Source of the DNA: Amoebophrya sp. A120
Lineage: Eukaryota > Protista > Dinoflagellata
Assembly (NCBI GenBank): GCA_905178155.1
Contig: CAJINV010000018.1
Coordinates: forward strand, 378,479 to 442,478
Length of the DNA stretch: 64,000 nt
Reading direction: 5' to 3'
Every line of letters starts with the position of its first letter. The stretch's first letter is position 1. Position numbers and translations under genes: made by a program. Of the stretch, positions 15,001 to 30,000 are shown piece by piece. The notes under the pieces are model-generated. The model saw only the letters and a program-made list of their open reading frames with translations, had not been told where the DNA came from and did no database searches.

Positions 15001-18000
15001 ATGCCGGATATGCATAGGAGCGTTGTTTCATAGATGTTTTCCCGTGGGATTTCCGCAATGCAAGTTCTCTCTCTCATGCAGAGAAATTTGTGTTGCTGAA
15101 TTAACAACAAAGGTGTAACTGTAACACTTTTTTCGTGTGATAGTTGTGCATGTTGGTTTATCATATGTAAAAACGTCCCCATTGCAGAGTCAAGTTGTTG
15201 GGAAGTCTGCAAGACAAAGCTCCAAGCTTTGGGAGTTATGCATGACAAGTTTTGCCTTGTAATGTAATCCTGCTGTTTCGCTAGTTCAGCAGCATCACAG
15301 ATGGAGCGTATCGTGCTGATTGTAGCATAACAAACTGCGAAACACGACTAGAAAATGCGTGTCATGGGGCTCCGCATGAGAAACATTTTTACCATGCAGA
15401 GTTGCATGGGGACGTTTTCACATAGGATATGGTCACCTGCCGCATCCACTCGTCATTTTCCGTGGTCGGTGGAAGTTGCTCGTTAGCGTCTGGCACTCTT
15501 CTCACCATATCCCGTCCGCTCCAGGACAACCGCGGGAGAATTTTCCGGCCCCCAATCGTCTTCCTGTTACTTCGGCGGAAGGGGGGCTGTTCGCCTTCCT
15601 CTTTTCGCTGCAGGGTTTATCAAATGTAAAAATGTCTGGGTCTGGAAGAATGCGCGATTTGTCATGCAGCTTTTCCATGACCCATGAAGCCTGGAATGCA
15701 GGACCTAGCATGACAGATTCTGTGCAGTCACTCTCATGCCTTTCCTGCATGAGAAACTCCCTCCCGACTTGGTCAAAACTGGACGACTTTTGGTAATCAT
15801 GCAACACAGATTTTTGCATGCTTCAGATATAGCATGACAAGTTGCATTCTTCCAGACCCAGACATTTTTACATTTGATAGGGTTCCGAGGTACACCACGG
15901 GGTGGTGGTCGATACCCTCATAAATATGGATTGCAAAAATGTCTGGGTCTGGAAACTTGTAATGCTAAAAGTGAATGATAGACGCACTCCAATACGCAGC
16001 TCTGCATGAGGAATTTTTTAGCTGCCATGTCTTACGTATTCCGCATGGCAAGCTGCGTTTTTGCATGACAGGTAAGAGGGCCTTTTCGTGCCAATGCAAC
16101 ACAGATTCTCGAGTCATGCCAGACAAGCATGACAAACTTGCATCCTTCCAGACCCAGACATTTTTACATTTGATAATAAACGGTTTCAAACCACTTGTAT
16201 CCTGTGCAAAAGTATCGTACTCGTACAAATCAATGCTAATGCAAGTCTTGCATTTGCAAATCTTGTTTCCAAGGCAAATCTGCATTACAAATTTTATTTC
16301 TCAAGCTGAGGAAATTTGTAATGCATTTATACGAGTACGATACTTTTGCAGTTCATAACTTGTCCTCCCCCGATTCTGGAGGCAGGTCCGCCGCATTGTA
16401 GATGCGGAACGTGCAGCCAAGATGTTTGCTCGAGGCATAAAACCTCTTCGCGGAAGCGGTCGCTTTCTCCGGATTGTTCACCATCTTTTCACACTGGACC
16501 TCAATCAGCACGTGGCGGACATCACTCCGCTGCTCCTCGGTCGTGTCCTGCGTGGCTTGTTCAAAACCTTCGTCGTCGGGCGCGACGCGCACCTGGTACG
16601 ATAGCGGGTAGAGAAATCTCCGCCGGTTCATGTCGTGCGAGCGGTGGTAAAATTTTCCTTCCGGGTCGTGGTCTTCGGTGGGGTCCAGGAACAGGGTGCG
16701 CATCTTCTTCCTCAAATTTCGCACGAACTCGTGGATGCCGAAGTGGTCATCGGAGGCTACCCGCTCAAAACTGTCGTTGTTGGTGGGCATTTCCTGCCGC
16801 TGCAGCAACTTCACCTTCGGCAGTAACTTATTCAAAAACTCCTTCTCGGTCTCGGCTGCGCTCCGCAGGATATCAAATGTAAAAATGTCTGGGTCTGGAA
16901 GAATTCATGTTTGTCATGCTTGTCTGGCATGAGTCTCAAATCTGTCATGCACGTTACCCAAGAGCTCCGTTTTTCTGTGATGCAGACGCGCAGTTTGTCA
17001 TGCAGAATAGGCAACACCTAGGAGCTCAGAAACTTGTCATGCTGAGCCAGCATTTGTAGCCTCCTTCTGATATGCCACACAGCATCACAAGTTTCCAGAC
17101 CCAGACATTTTTACATTTGATACAGGATTTTCGCGAGCAATTTCCGCTGATCCTCGAAGTACTGGCATCCTGAGTAAAAACGTACCCACACCAGAGTTGT
17201 AATGCAGATTTGCAAAGACAGGAAGACTTGTAATGCGCATCCGCATGAGTGCCATTTCTTATCGTGTTTTGGAATTTGTGATGCTGTGAACAGGATGAGG
17301 AGGCGGATTTGTTATGCGGCTTCCCTTGCTAAACTGCACTACAAGAATACAGCCTGCAACTTGTCATGCGTGACTCACAAAACTCCTAGGTTTGTGTTGC
17401 AAAATCCTCATCCTGACTCTGGTGTGGGTACGTTTTTACTCAGGATAACTCGGGACGGGAATAGGGATTCGGGCCTTTCTGCTTGTCATGCTTGTCCGTT
17501 ATCGCTCCGGGGAGATTTGCCACACTCATCCTTTCCGTCGTTTCCAAATCCGACGCGGCGGCAATCCACTCCAGCAAATGCAACCTGGTCTCTGGCAACA
17601 GTGCCTGCTCCGCTTCCTCGACAATGGCCGCCTGGTGCTCCGAGTAAAAAGTGCCCTCCGTCGGCTCGTTCTTTTCCGCCTTCTCTTGCGGCTTCTCGTT
17701 CATCTTCTGCGTGTCGAAAATCGGTCGGTAGGTGTAGGCCCAGGGCCCGGTGGTTTCCAGCGCTTGCTCGGTATGGATCGACGCCGTGACGTCATTCGCG
17801 TTGAACTCACTCGAGGGGTAGTTAACATGCTCCATCGTGGTCAGGCCCGGGTAGTGCCACGGGAACCGCCGGTAGCTGTTATCAAAAGGAAAAATTCCCC
17901 CTCCCCATACCGAAGTGGAAATCTGTGATGCGGAATTTGTGTACACAAATCGGCTTTGTCTTGCAGTAGAGGACTGCAGGCAGATCCAAAACCGGAGTAG

Positions 18001-21000
18001 GGGCATTTTGGTGTAGGCGCCTAGCAAAGCAGGCATATCCTCCGTGGGCCATATAGCATTACAAATTGCCTGCAGGACGCGGCGAGGTTTTTGCATTTGC
18101 CTTCTTGCAAAACAGAGACGATTTGTGGTCTCAAATCAGCATCACAAATTTTCAAAAGTATCCCGGTTTGGTATGGGGAGGGGGGATTTTTCCTCACAAT
18201 AGCTGTCCGGATGGGGCTGCACCGAGATGTCCCGCGCGTACCGTGTATGCATTGCAAATATGTCTGGGTCTGGAAGAGTGCGCGATTTGTCATGCAGTTT
18301 TTCCATGATGTATGAGGCCTGGAATGCAGGACCTAGCATGACAGATGCTGTGCGATCCCTATCATGCCTATCCTGCATGAGAAACTCCCTCCCAACTTGT
18401 TCAAAAGTGGACGACTTTTGGTAATCATGCAACACAGATTTGTGCATGATTCAGATTTACTAGCATGACAAGTTGCATCCTTGCAGACCCAGACATATTT
18501 GCAATGCATACCGTGCGCGAAGCAGGTGGGCGGCGATCCGCGGGTTCAGCAAGATCGTGGTCTCGTTGTCCGGGTCGGGCGTCAACTTCGCCCTTTTCGC
18601 CGCTTCAGCAGCCTCCTCCGCTTCCGCTTCCGGGGTTGAAGAACTAGAAGCTCCTGCGGCACCAACTGGTGCAGATCCACCTCCGCCAGATGATGGCGTC
18701 GCAACAATCGGCTTCGGAGTCAGCTGCGCCTCGTAGTACCCCCGGATGCACTTAGGCTTCCAGCAACCGGTAGGCAGGTCGTAGCCGCCGTCTTTGCGCA
18801 GCCTCCCTCCCAACACCGGCAGTCTCTTCGCCTTCATCGTGCTCAACCGCTGCGCGGGGATGCCAGAAGGATTCTGTGTGGGGGCTCCAGGGGGTACCTC
18901 CCCGCGGTCCGGGGGGTTGACCGCCTTACAGTTCGTCGCGTACATAATGCCGGGGTATCCTGAGTAAAAACGTACCCAGACGACCAGAGTTGTAATGCAG
19001 ATTTGCAAAGACAGGAAGACTTGTAATGCGCATCCCCATGAGAGCCATTTTCAATCGTGTTTTGGAATTTGTGACGCTGTGAACAGGATGAGCAGGTGAA
19101 TCTGTGATGCGGCTGCACTTGCTAACCTGCACTACACAGCATAGCGCAACTTGTCATGCGTGACTCACAAAACTCCTAGGTTTGTGTTGCAAAATCCTCA
19201 TCCTGACTCTGGTGTGGGTACGTTTTTACTCAGGATATGGGGGTCAAGTGATTCACTCTGTTCGCTCCCCCCATCGTGGCGTACTCGTACGTTTCAAAAG
19301 AGCACGGCCTTTCGTACAGACAGAACGAATTCGTGTCGTTCTCCGGATTGATACTATCACCTCCGCTAGAGCTCGTGGTCGAGCTAGTATCCGTATCAAA
19401 TGTAAAAATGTCTGGGTCTGGAACTTTGCGCGACTTGTCATGCAGGTTTTCCATGACCCATATGATCTGTAACGGAGGACCTAGCATGACAGATTCCGTG
19501 AGATCACTATCATGCCTATCCCGCATGAGAAACTGCCTCTCAACTTGATCAAAAGTGGGCAGCATTCGGTAATCATGCAACACAGGTTTTTGATTTTGCG
19601 TGATTCAGATTTAGCATGACAAGTTCCAACCTTCCAGACCAAGACATTTTTGCATTTGATAATCCGCGCGGCAAAACCGGTCCCAAATCAGAGACTGCAA
19701 CTCTTTATCCTGTGCAAAAGCATGGCACTCGTAGTAATTGCAGTCATGCATAATTACAAGTTTTTTTCTCAAGTTAAATCCGCATTACAAATTTTATTTC
19801 TCATGCTGAGAAAATTTGTAATGCATTTATACGAGTACGATACTTTTGCACTCCATACTCTTCCAGCTCCTGCGTCGCGACGGTGAGTTCGTCGGACACG
19901 ATCCCGGCCCGGGGAAGCACTTCGTTCGACAGGGCTTTGCTGTCCTCGAAATCTTGTCGCAAATTTGCCCGGATCTCCCTCACCCGCGCGATCTTTTCCG
20001 CCTGCTTCTGGCTTTCGGTCTTCGCCGGGTCTGCGGGCAAATCCTCTTCCGGGATCCAGAGATCGAAGTCCGGCGTTGTAGAACTCTCCTGCATCTGCAC
20101 CTCGACGTATTTGTTGCCAAACAGCGGGTATCAACTGTAAAAATGTCTGGGTCTGAAAGATTGCCAGGTTTGTCATGCATATTTCTCATGATCCACGATG
20201 CCTGTAATGCATGGCCTAGCATCACAGACTTCTAGAGGGCTTCCTGATGCACCTTTCGCATGAGAAATGCCCTGTCCGTGTAGCACAAACCGGACCCCTC
20301 TTTCTGGTCATGCAATACAAATTTTTTTAGAGTCCAAAATCAGCATGACAAGTTGCATTCTTCCAGACCCAGACATTTTTACATTTGATAGCGGATTGAG
20401 ATCTTTCACGACGGGCGGCGACGCAGCACCCGGCTTGGGCGTCGGGGGGTCGTCCAGAAACTCCGTCTCGCGAATATGACCTGCTCAGGTGTTACAATCT
20501 CAAACGTTACAATAGAATATCGAAATCTGTGATGCAAGAGGTGCATTTATTATGTAGCCAACTCTCATGGCATTGCGCATGACAAGTTCCGGAGTTGTTC
20601 CAAACCGCACTACAATCTGGCGAAATTTGTATTGCGGAAAGTGGAATGCTGTCCGAGTCTGTCATGCTCGTCATGCAACACAAAATCCAAACTCTATTGT
20701 AACGTTTGAGATTGTAACATTTGAGCAGGTCATAGCGAATTCCGCGCTGCACGGGACACTGTTCGCGATCGGACAAGTCCTGCTTCTTCGCCACCGCCGG
20801 CATCTCGGTCAAGTGTTCCGGTACGCGAAACACTTCGCTCATCAACTTCCTGTGGATCGCGTTGGGGTAGCCACGTAACACCTCCTTCCGCAACTCGCTG
20901 TGCGTTTTGAAGTTTGGATCTAGTTTTTCTTTTTGCGCGCTCTCTTCCTCATTTTCGGAGTCAGAATACCCTTCGGAATACTCATCCTGATCCTTTTCCG

Positions 21001-24000
21001 TCGGTTCAGTAAACTGATCCTCGGGAGCGGCACCGCTTATTTCATCGCTCCCGTCGGCGCCTGGCAGCTGATGATCCGTTTGCATTTTCGTGACCCGTAG
21101 ATTTTCATCGCTGTATTCCTTCGCTTGGGAGAATAAATCTCCTTCCAGAAATATCAAATGCAAAAGTGTCTGGGTCTGGAAGAGTCCAAGATTTGTGATG
21201 CAGGTTTTCCATGACCCATGCGGTCTGGAATGCGAGACCTAGCAAGACAGATTCTTTGAGGTCCCTATCATACCTTTCCTGCATGAGAAACTCCATCTCA
21301 ACTTGGTCAAAAGCGGACAGCTTTAGGGACTCACGCAACACAGATTTTTGCATCATTCAGATTTAGCATGACAGGTTCTAATCTTCCAGACCCAGACATT
21401 TTTCCATAGGATAAGAAACAGGCCTCGTTGCCGGATCTCAAAGTACCGCTTGTCGTGCGAGTCTAGAGACTCGTACGGTGTGGACCGCTGGACGGTTGCG
21501 AACAAAGGTGCCACCGGGCTCCACATGCGGTCAGTAAACTGCTTGCGCCATTCGAACCGCTTGAAGGGAGAGAGTATCAACTGCAAAAATGTCTAGGTCT
21601 GGAAACTTGTGATGCAAGTCCGTGAACAATAAGTGCTCTGTACAGCGCCGCCAAGCATGACAAGTTTTCTCGTGCTTCTGTGATGCGTATTTCGCATGAG
21701 AAAGTGCGCTTTTATTGCATGACAGGCAAGAGGACCTCTTGGTGGCCGCGCAATACAGAGTGCAGAGTCATGCCAGACTAGCATGACAATCTTCCAGACC
21801 CAGACATTTTTGCATTTGATAGAGAGAAAGATGCCCGGCCGCAGACCGATGGAACGGATTAGGGAGACCGGCGGGTTCGGACCCAAGACCCGGTCGTTCT
21901 CGCCCAGCAAGACCGGCGCGTGGAGCTCGAAGGGGATTTCCCCGAGTTCCATCTCGTCATCCACGGTGACCTCCGCTTCTTTCCGTCCATTTTTCTTCTT
22001 AAATTGCACCTTCCCGGGCACGCAATAGGTCGGCCTCTGTCCATTGATCTGCTTTCGCATCTTTTCCGCGAACTGCTCAACCGTTTCCCGACCGCACGCG
22101 GCATTCCTGTCATTGCACCCGTCATCACCAAACTGGTCCTGGTCGAGGGATATCAAATGCAAAAGCATCTTACTTCTAGTAGAAATCGCATGACAAATCC
22201 CCTCAGCATGAAAAATGGGATTTGTAATGCGGATTTAGGTTAAGAAGGAGATTTGTAATGCATGACTGCGATTACTACGAGTACGATACTTTTGCTGAGC
22301 ATAATGGACCTTGCGCGGGAAAAAAACGCTCCCGTTACAGCGCGGAAACCGGAGCGCATGCCTATCCTATGTAAAAACGTCGCCACCTCCCCATAGTTGT
22401 AATGCAAATCTGCATGCTGAGAATGTTTCTCATGCGGAGCGCCATGAGAAGTATTTTCGAAGCGTGTTTCGGATTTTGTAATGCTCCAATCAGCATGACA
22501 TACTAGATCTGTGATGCTGCTTGACTAACTCAAACATGACTACACTACGGGTCCAAACTTGTCATGCAAAACAGCCAAAGCTTGTGGATTTGTCTAGCCG
22601 ATTCCCCATCTTGACTACGCTGTGGGGACGTTTTTACACAGGATAATACCCCGGGAGATAGAGTTGGCCGCAGAGGAGAGAAGACCACCGGAGCCTGCTC
22701 CAGAACCACTTTGCTCGTGCGTGTCGAACCGGTCCAGTCCGTAAGTCTCCGAGCTGGTTACCTCACACAGACCCGTGTTCCGAAGCGCTTTTTCCAGCGC
22801 GAGGGACAACACAGAAACGTCCTTGCCAATGATCGACTCGTACACCAAATTCTTCAAAATTTCCTCCTGGCTCACACCGTGCGACAGCACGACCGGTTTA
22901 TTTGGAGAACCCTGTCCGGCCTGGGCCTTTCTCCTGTCGTCTGCAGTAGAACCATTATCGACGCTATCCAGGGAAAAACACCATCACAATCACGCTTAGC
23001 TGGTTTTGCATCACAAATTTGTCTCGCATGTTGACAAACTTTTCTTGTATTGCAAAAACATAAAAGGAAATCCCGTATAAATCTTGAATGTGATGCATTT
23101 TTGCGCATGACAAAATTTTTTGTATTGCAAAAACGTGCAATAGTGAAGATTGTGATGGTGTTTTTTTCTTGAATATACGCTGATCAAGTCTTTCAACTGC
23201 TTCACCAAGTCGACACTCTCGTATGCACTGCAGATATGTCTGAGTCTGGAAGGTTGCAAGGTTCTTCTTCTTTGTCATGCAGGTTTCGCATGACCCAGAA
23301 GAATTGGAGTGCGAGGTCTAGCATCACAAGCTTTGCGCAGGCTCCTCGATGCCTATTCTGCATGAGAAATATGCTCTACTTCGGGCAAGAACTTAAAGTG
23401 GGCAGTTGTTTTGCTGGTCCTGCAAGACAGATTTTTGCGTCGATCAGACACAGCATGACAAACTCGGTTTCTTCCAAACCACGACATATTTGCATTTGAT
23501 ATCTCACTATACGTGTCAATCACCGCGTCTAGCCACTGCCGTTTCCGGATCCGATTCAAAACCGCTTCTTTCGGCAACAGCAAGTTCTGGACGTTTCGCT
23601 GGTAACTCACCTCGAGCGAGTTGCCGCTCTCACTGTACTATGGATTGCAAAAGTATCGCATTCGTACTAATCGCATTTATGCATTACAAATTTCTCTCTC
23701 AAGTCAAATCCGCATTACAAATATTATTTCTCATGCTGAGGAAATTATTTGTCATGCGTTTTATGCTAGTGCGATGCTTTTGCACTGCATATGTACCCCA
23801 TCTGCCCCGTGTTCGCCGCGATGTTTCTTTTCACGAACGCTTGCGGCTGCGCAAAGTGGAAAAACTCCACCATCTGTTCGTTCAATTCCTGGTTCCCCGT
23901 GGTCAGTAAGTCATACGTTTTCTTCAACTTCAGCTTCGCAAAATTCATCACACGCTCGCCGTACACATACTCGCGGAAAACTTGGTCGACGTAGGGGTAC

Positions 24001-27000
24001 GCGGTGGCCGCATCGACCTCGGTGGAAAATTCCTTCAGCTTCCCCGCTTCCCTGTACACATCCGGCCGGTCATTGAAGACTTTGAAGGAGTTATGCAAGA
24101 AAAAAACTGTGTAAGTGTAAGTCTGTCAGGCAAAGCATGCAACACTGTTACACTTGTCATGCTAGCCAGCCATGAAGTCCTATTGCGCAGATCTTTATTT
24201 CCAGTAGTAATTCTGCATGACAGGATCATTTCTGTGTCATGCAGAACAAATTTGTCATGTGGTCACCCGAAGACACCTACTTACACTAACACAGTTTTTT
24301 TCGTTCCATAGGAGTGCACTTTTTCCGACGAAGCAGTTTTAGCTTGCTTGCTCATCATGTGTGCCTGCAGAAAGTTCGGATCCTCAACCAGATTGAAAGT
24401 TCCCAACTTCCCCAACCCCGCTACCGGCTGGTCATCCAAACCCAGCTGCACGATCGGCCACCCCTTGGCCAAATCGTACGGCCGTTTTTCCGGTCGGGAT
24501 CCCTGCACTCGCCGGACACACAACGGCCAGTCGCGTTTGTACGTCATGCGGCCCGTGAGCAACACCCGGATGAAGTCGCGATCCCAGAAGAACTGCAGGT
24601 GGTTTTCCAAGTATTTCAGCTGCGTCTTGGAGGCTTTCTCGTTTTTCGGCCAGATAAATTCGGAGTGTTTCGTCTTCGCCTTTCTATTCGGGTCGCGCAG
24701 CACCTTGTTCCAGTAGTGCCGCATCGGATCGGGGTGCATGTAGTGGAGTAAAAACTGGTCTTCCAAGGCCTTGTAGTGTTCGCGCTGCTTCTCCGACTCG
24801 TTTTCAAAGTCCTTGACACCCTCGGCGGCTTCCTCGTCAGGATCTTCCATGTCGATTATCCTATGTAAAAACGTCCCCACGACCCCATAGCTGTAATGCA
24901 AATCTGCATGCTCAAAATATTTCCCATGCGGAGCCCCATGAGAGCCGTTTTCTAGTCGCGTTTCGTAACTCATCATGCTCCAATCCGCATGATATGCCCG
25001 ACCTGTGATGCTGCTGAACTACCCAAACAGCATCACACTACGAGGCCAAACTTGTCATGCGCGACAGGCAAAACTTGTTGATTTGTCTAGCAGATTTCCC
25101 ATTTTGGCGATGCGGGTGGGGACGTTTTTCGAAGCGATATCGATGTCTTCTTCCTCTACAACTTTATTCGGATCCTGCTGCTGCTCTGGCTCCTCTATCG
25201 TGTGCAAAAGTATCGTACTCGTACTGATTGCAATCTTGCATGACAAACTTACCTCTTTACCTGAATCAGCATTACAAATTCCATTTTTCTTTCTGATGAG
25301 ATTTGTATTGCAATTTGTACTAATACGATACTTTTGCAATGCATATCCTCGGAGTCATGGTCCTGTTCCTCCAACGCCTGGCTTTCCTTATGAAATGTAA
25401 AAGTGTCTGGGTCTGGAAGAATGCAGGAGTTTGGTTGGTTGGTTGGATAGCGCCTGTCGCCGGTGCAGGTCCCGCCCTCCATCGATTGCGATCCGGAGTA
25501 GCCGGAACACAAGGCCCTAGTTTGTCATGCAGATTTTGCATGACCCATGAGGTCTGTGATGCATGCCCTAGCATCAGAGATTTCGCGAGGGCTTTCTGAT
25601 GCTCATACCGCATGAGAAATGCCCTCTCCGCGTAGCACAAATTACACCTCTTTATGCTGTTCATGCAATACAGATTTTATGTAGATTCCAAAAGTAGCAT
25701 CACAAGTTGTATCCTTCCAGATCCAGACATTTTTGCAATCCATATTCCTCCGTGACCGTCAATTGGTGCCCCACCCCTTGCAACGCCCCGTCGGCCACTT
25801 CTACCTGAACCGCTCGCGGTTTTGACTTTGCCGCTCCACTTGTAGCGGACGCTAGTAATTTCTGGCTTGCCTGCTGTGCTGTGCCCATGCTCATCTTCGT
25901 CGCCGCCTTAGCCGCCTTCGACAATCGCCCGAGCCGGCTCTTCTGGTAGTAATCGGCGAGCGTCAAGCGCAAATCCTTGCTCTCGGTTACTTCTCGCCCG
26001 TTCGCGTCGGTAAAGGTGATGTCGTCCTTGACATCTTCCGGCGTCATCAAAGTCTGAACGGGGTCAACGATCAAGAAGCGGCTATCAAATGCAAAAATGT
26101 CTGGGTCTGGAACCTTGTGATGCTGTGTGGCGTATCATGAGGAGGCGACAATTGCTGAGGAGGCGACAATTGCTGGCTCAGCATGACAAGTTTCTGAGCT
26201 TCTAGGTGTTGCCGATTCTGCATGACAAACTACGTTTGTGCATGACAGAAAAGTGGGGCTCTTTGGTAATATGCATGACAGATTTAAGAGTCATGCCAGA
26301 CAAGCATGACAAACTTGCATTCTTCCAGACCCAGACATTTTTACATTTGATAGCTCCGGCCCTGCGATAATCCGGCTTTCGTGGCCCACTCCCCGTATTT
26401 GCCCGGGGCGGTTTCTAAAACCTCGATGAGGAACATATTCTTCACGGATTTCTTGCTCCCGAATTTCACCATGTATCCTCTGTAAAAACGTCCCCACCCC
26501 AGAGTTGTCATGCAGAATTACAATCACAGGAAAACTTGTAATGCGCATTTCCATGAGACGCATTTTCAATCGTCTTATGCAATTTGTGATGCTGTAAACA
26601 GGATACCAGGATGGATTTGTGATGCTGTTGTCCTTGCTAACCCGCCTCATTACAGTACCGAGAAAAACTTGTCATGCGTGACTCCCAAAACTTGACTCTG
26701 GGGTGGGGACGTCTTTACACAGGATACCATGCCCTCGATGTTCGGTTCGTCCCTGAGGTCTACGGCACCGGAGGCTATCAAAAGGAAAAATCCTCCCTCC
26801 CCATATCGCAACGAAATTTCTGCTGCTGGATTTGGATACACAAATCAGATTTGTGTTGCAGAAAGGCATTGCGACCAGATCCCCAGGCTAGGTGGGGGCT
26901 TATGGGTCTAGTTGCACAGCATGGCAAACGGCCCCCCTTTAGGCGCAACAGCATGCTAAATCGCTTCCATAATGGCGCGCGAGCCTCTGCACTTGTCTGC

Positions 27001-30000
27001 TTGCAAGACAGACGGGATTTGTGACCTCAAATCAGCAACACAAATTTTCGGAAACATACCTTTTCGATATCGGGAGGGGGGATTTTTCCTTACGATAGAG
27101 GCGTCGTTGTTACCACCATGAAGATCTGCTGTGGGCGCAGAACCTGCAGCACCACCGGCTACTTGCGCAGGTGGTAGTTCTTCTTCCATGTTCCCTTTTG
27201 CTTCCACGGTGACGAACCGCCACCGCTTGATTCCCAGCTATCAAATGCAAAAATGTCTGGGTCTGGCAGAATGCAACTTGTCATGCTAAATCTGTTGAAG
27301 CAGGCAAAAAACTGTGTTGCATGATTGCCAAAAGTTGTAAACTGTTGACCTAATCGAGAGGCAGTTTCTCATGCAGGAGAAGCATGAGAGAGATCGCACA
27401 GAATCTGTCATGCTAGGTCCTGCATTCCAGGCTGCATGGGTCATAAAAAAACTGCATGACAAATCTGGCAATCTTCCAGACCCAGACACTTTTGCATTTG
27501 ATACCAGCGGGTATTTGTCGATCACGTGGTCCGGTGGCGGCACCTGACAAAGCAGTTTCGAGTCAAATTCGTGGTTTGTTTTGTCTTTCCCCAGAAAACC
27601 GGACTTCGTGGCAAACGCACTGGTGCCCGGCAAATCGAACATGCCGTCACTGGTGCTCATCATTTCCAGCCCCGACGTGGTGTGTGTTTGCTTCCCCCAA
27701 ATGCTGCTTTTCCGCTGCGGGCTACCGTTGATCCTTTCCGCAGACACGTAGACCCCACGGGCGGCCAGCCCGATACCGAATATGGCGTTCTCAAACGTTA
27801 CACTCTCAACTTTTACATGGCTTCGTAATGCAAGAATGGCAAAAGTCAAAGGGGTGACCTTTCTCGTCTTACATGACAGATTTGGCGCAGATTCCCAGCC
27901 TGTTTGGCTCTTCGAGAACCTGTCATGCGAAGCAGCTTGATCGTGTCGATTCTGATATGTGATTTTGCATGACAAATCATGTAACAGTTGAGAATGTAAC
28001 ACTTGAGAGCGCCATACCGAACTCCGGCGGGTTTTCAGACAGGAATTTTTCGGAAGCCAGTTTCTGCGACAAATATTGAGGCGTTGTACTAGCATGAGCG
28101 GTCTTGTCTTGCAGGTTTAGCATGAAGTCCTCGTCGTCTCTTACATTTTGCTTGTACAACGGCTGCCAGTCTCGTTTGTTCAAACCGTGGACCTTATCAC
28201 ACAGAAAAGCAGGCAGGTCATATTGTCATATTTGTAGTGCAAAAACAAATACAGATAGACAGAAAAATCTGTCATGGGCGGCCCCACTGCGTTCTCTTTA
28301 GGATATGCAATTTAGAGTTTTTGTTTTTTGGGTGCTTATTTTTGCATATACGATTTATCACCTACCTCTTTTTTTGTGTGTGATAGACCTTGGGCAAGTA
28401 CTTCGTCGCCGTACTATCGGATCCGACTGGAAGTTGATTTTCTTTTAGTTTTGATGACACAGGCGGGGAGTCGGTAATTCGTTCGTATTCCTTCATTTTC
28501 TTCTCCGCGTTCTCGACCTGTTCGCCTTTTTTCCTCGTCATAAACTGCAAGACGCTCATCAGCAAATCTCGCTCCTTCTTCAACCTGCCTAGTTCGATCT
28601 CGTCCACATTCACATCTTCATACCGCTCCAAGTAGTCGTCCAGCCGCTCCACGCGTTTCTTGAAAACGTGCCGGAGGTACTGTCAAATGCAAAAGTGTCT
28701 GGGTCTGGAAGAATGCAGACTTGTCATGCATATTTTGTATGATGACTGATGCCTCCAATGCATGATCTAGCAACACAGATTTTTAGAGGGCTTCCTAATG
28801 CCTATTTCGCATGAGAAATGCCCTCTCAGCGTAACACAAACTGGAGTCCTGTTGCTGGTCATGCAATACAGATTTTTTTGGAATCCAAAGAAAGCATTAC
28901 AAGTTGCAATCTTCCAGTAGACCCAGACATTTTTGCAATCCATAGGTATACCTGGTTCTGCATTCGGAGCTGATACTCCTTCAATCTCGCCCCCCTCTAT
29001 CAAAGTGAAAAATCCCCCCTCCCCATATTGAAACGGAGATTTCAGTTGCTGGATTTGTGTACACAGATCAGCTCTGTCTTGCTGTGAGGCACTGCAGACA
29101 AAGCCTAAGCCTGTGTAGGTTTGTTTTGATGTAGGTGCTTAGCATAGCAGAGGCATGCCATGTAGCCGCAACAGCAAGACAAATCGCCCGCATAGGCCGT
29201 CGGATTCTTTGGATTTGCCCTCTTGCAAGAGCGACAGGATTTGTGGTCACAAATCAGCATCACAAATTTTTAGGAACATATTGTTCAATATGGGGAGGGG
29301 GGATCTTTCCTCACAATAGCCTCGGCTCCTGCACGATGGTCCGGACGAGATTGTGCTGCGGCTTGAACTATGCACTGCAAATATGTCTGAGTCTGGAAAC
29401 TTGTGATGCAAGTCAGTCAATAACAAATGCACTGTAATTATGCGCCGCCAAGCATGACAAGTTTTCTCGTGCTTCTGTGTTCTTGCGTATTCCACATGAC
29501 AGGCGAGAGAAACTGTTTGTGGTCAACACGCAACACAGATTTAAGGGCCATGCCAGATCAGCATGTGAAATTTCGCAACCCACCTCCAGACCCAGATCGA
29601 TGTTTGCATTTCATATGAACAAGTTGTGGTCAGTCAAACCACTCAGGTCGAAGCTTGTGTATCCTGAGCAAAAATGTCTCCACCCAGAGTTGTCATGCAA
29701 TTTTGCAGCTACAGGAAGATTTGTAATGCGCATCCCCATGAGAGACATTTCCAGTCACGTTTTGCACTTTGTAATGCTGTCGACAGGATGAGTAGATGGA
29801 TTGGTGTTGCGGCTGTACTTGCTCGCCCGCACTACGATACAGAGACGAACTTGTCATGCTTGACCCCCAAAACTTCTGGATTTGTGTTGCGAGATATCGC
29901 CCATCTTGACTCTGGTGTGGGGACGTTTTTACATAGGATATTGTGGTCGCCAAATTTACGTGTGCTGCCGCCGTGAAACGCGGAAAAATGGTGCTCGGAA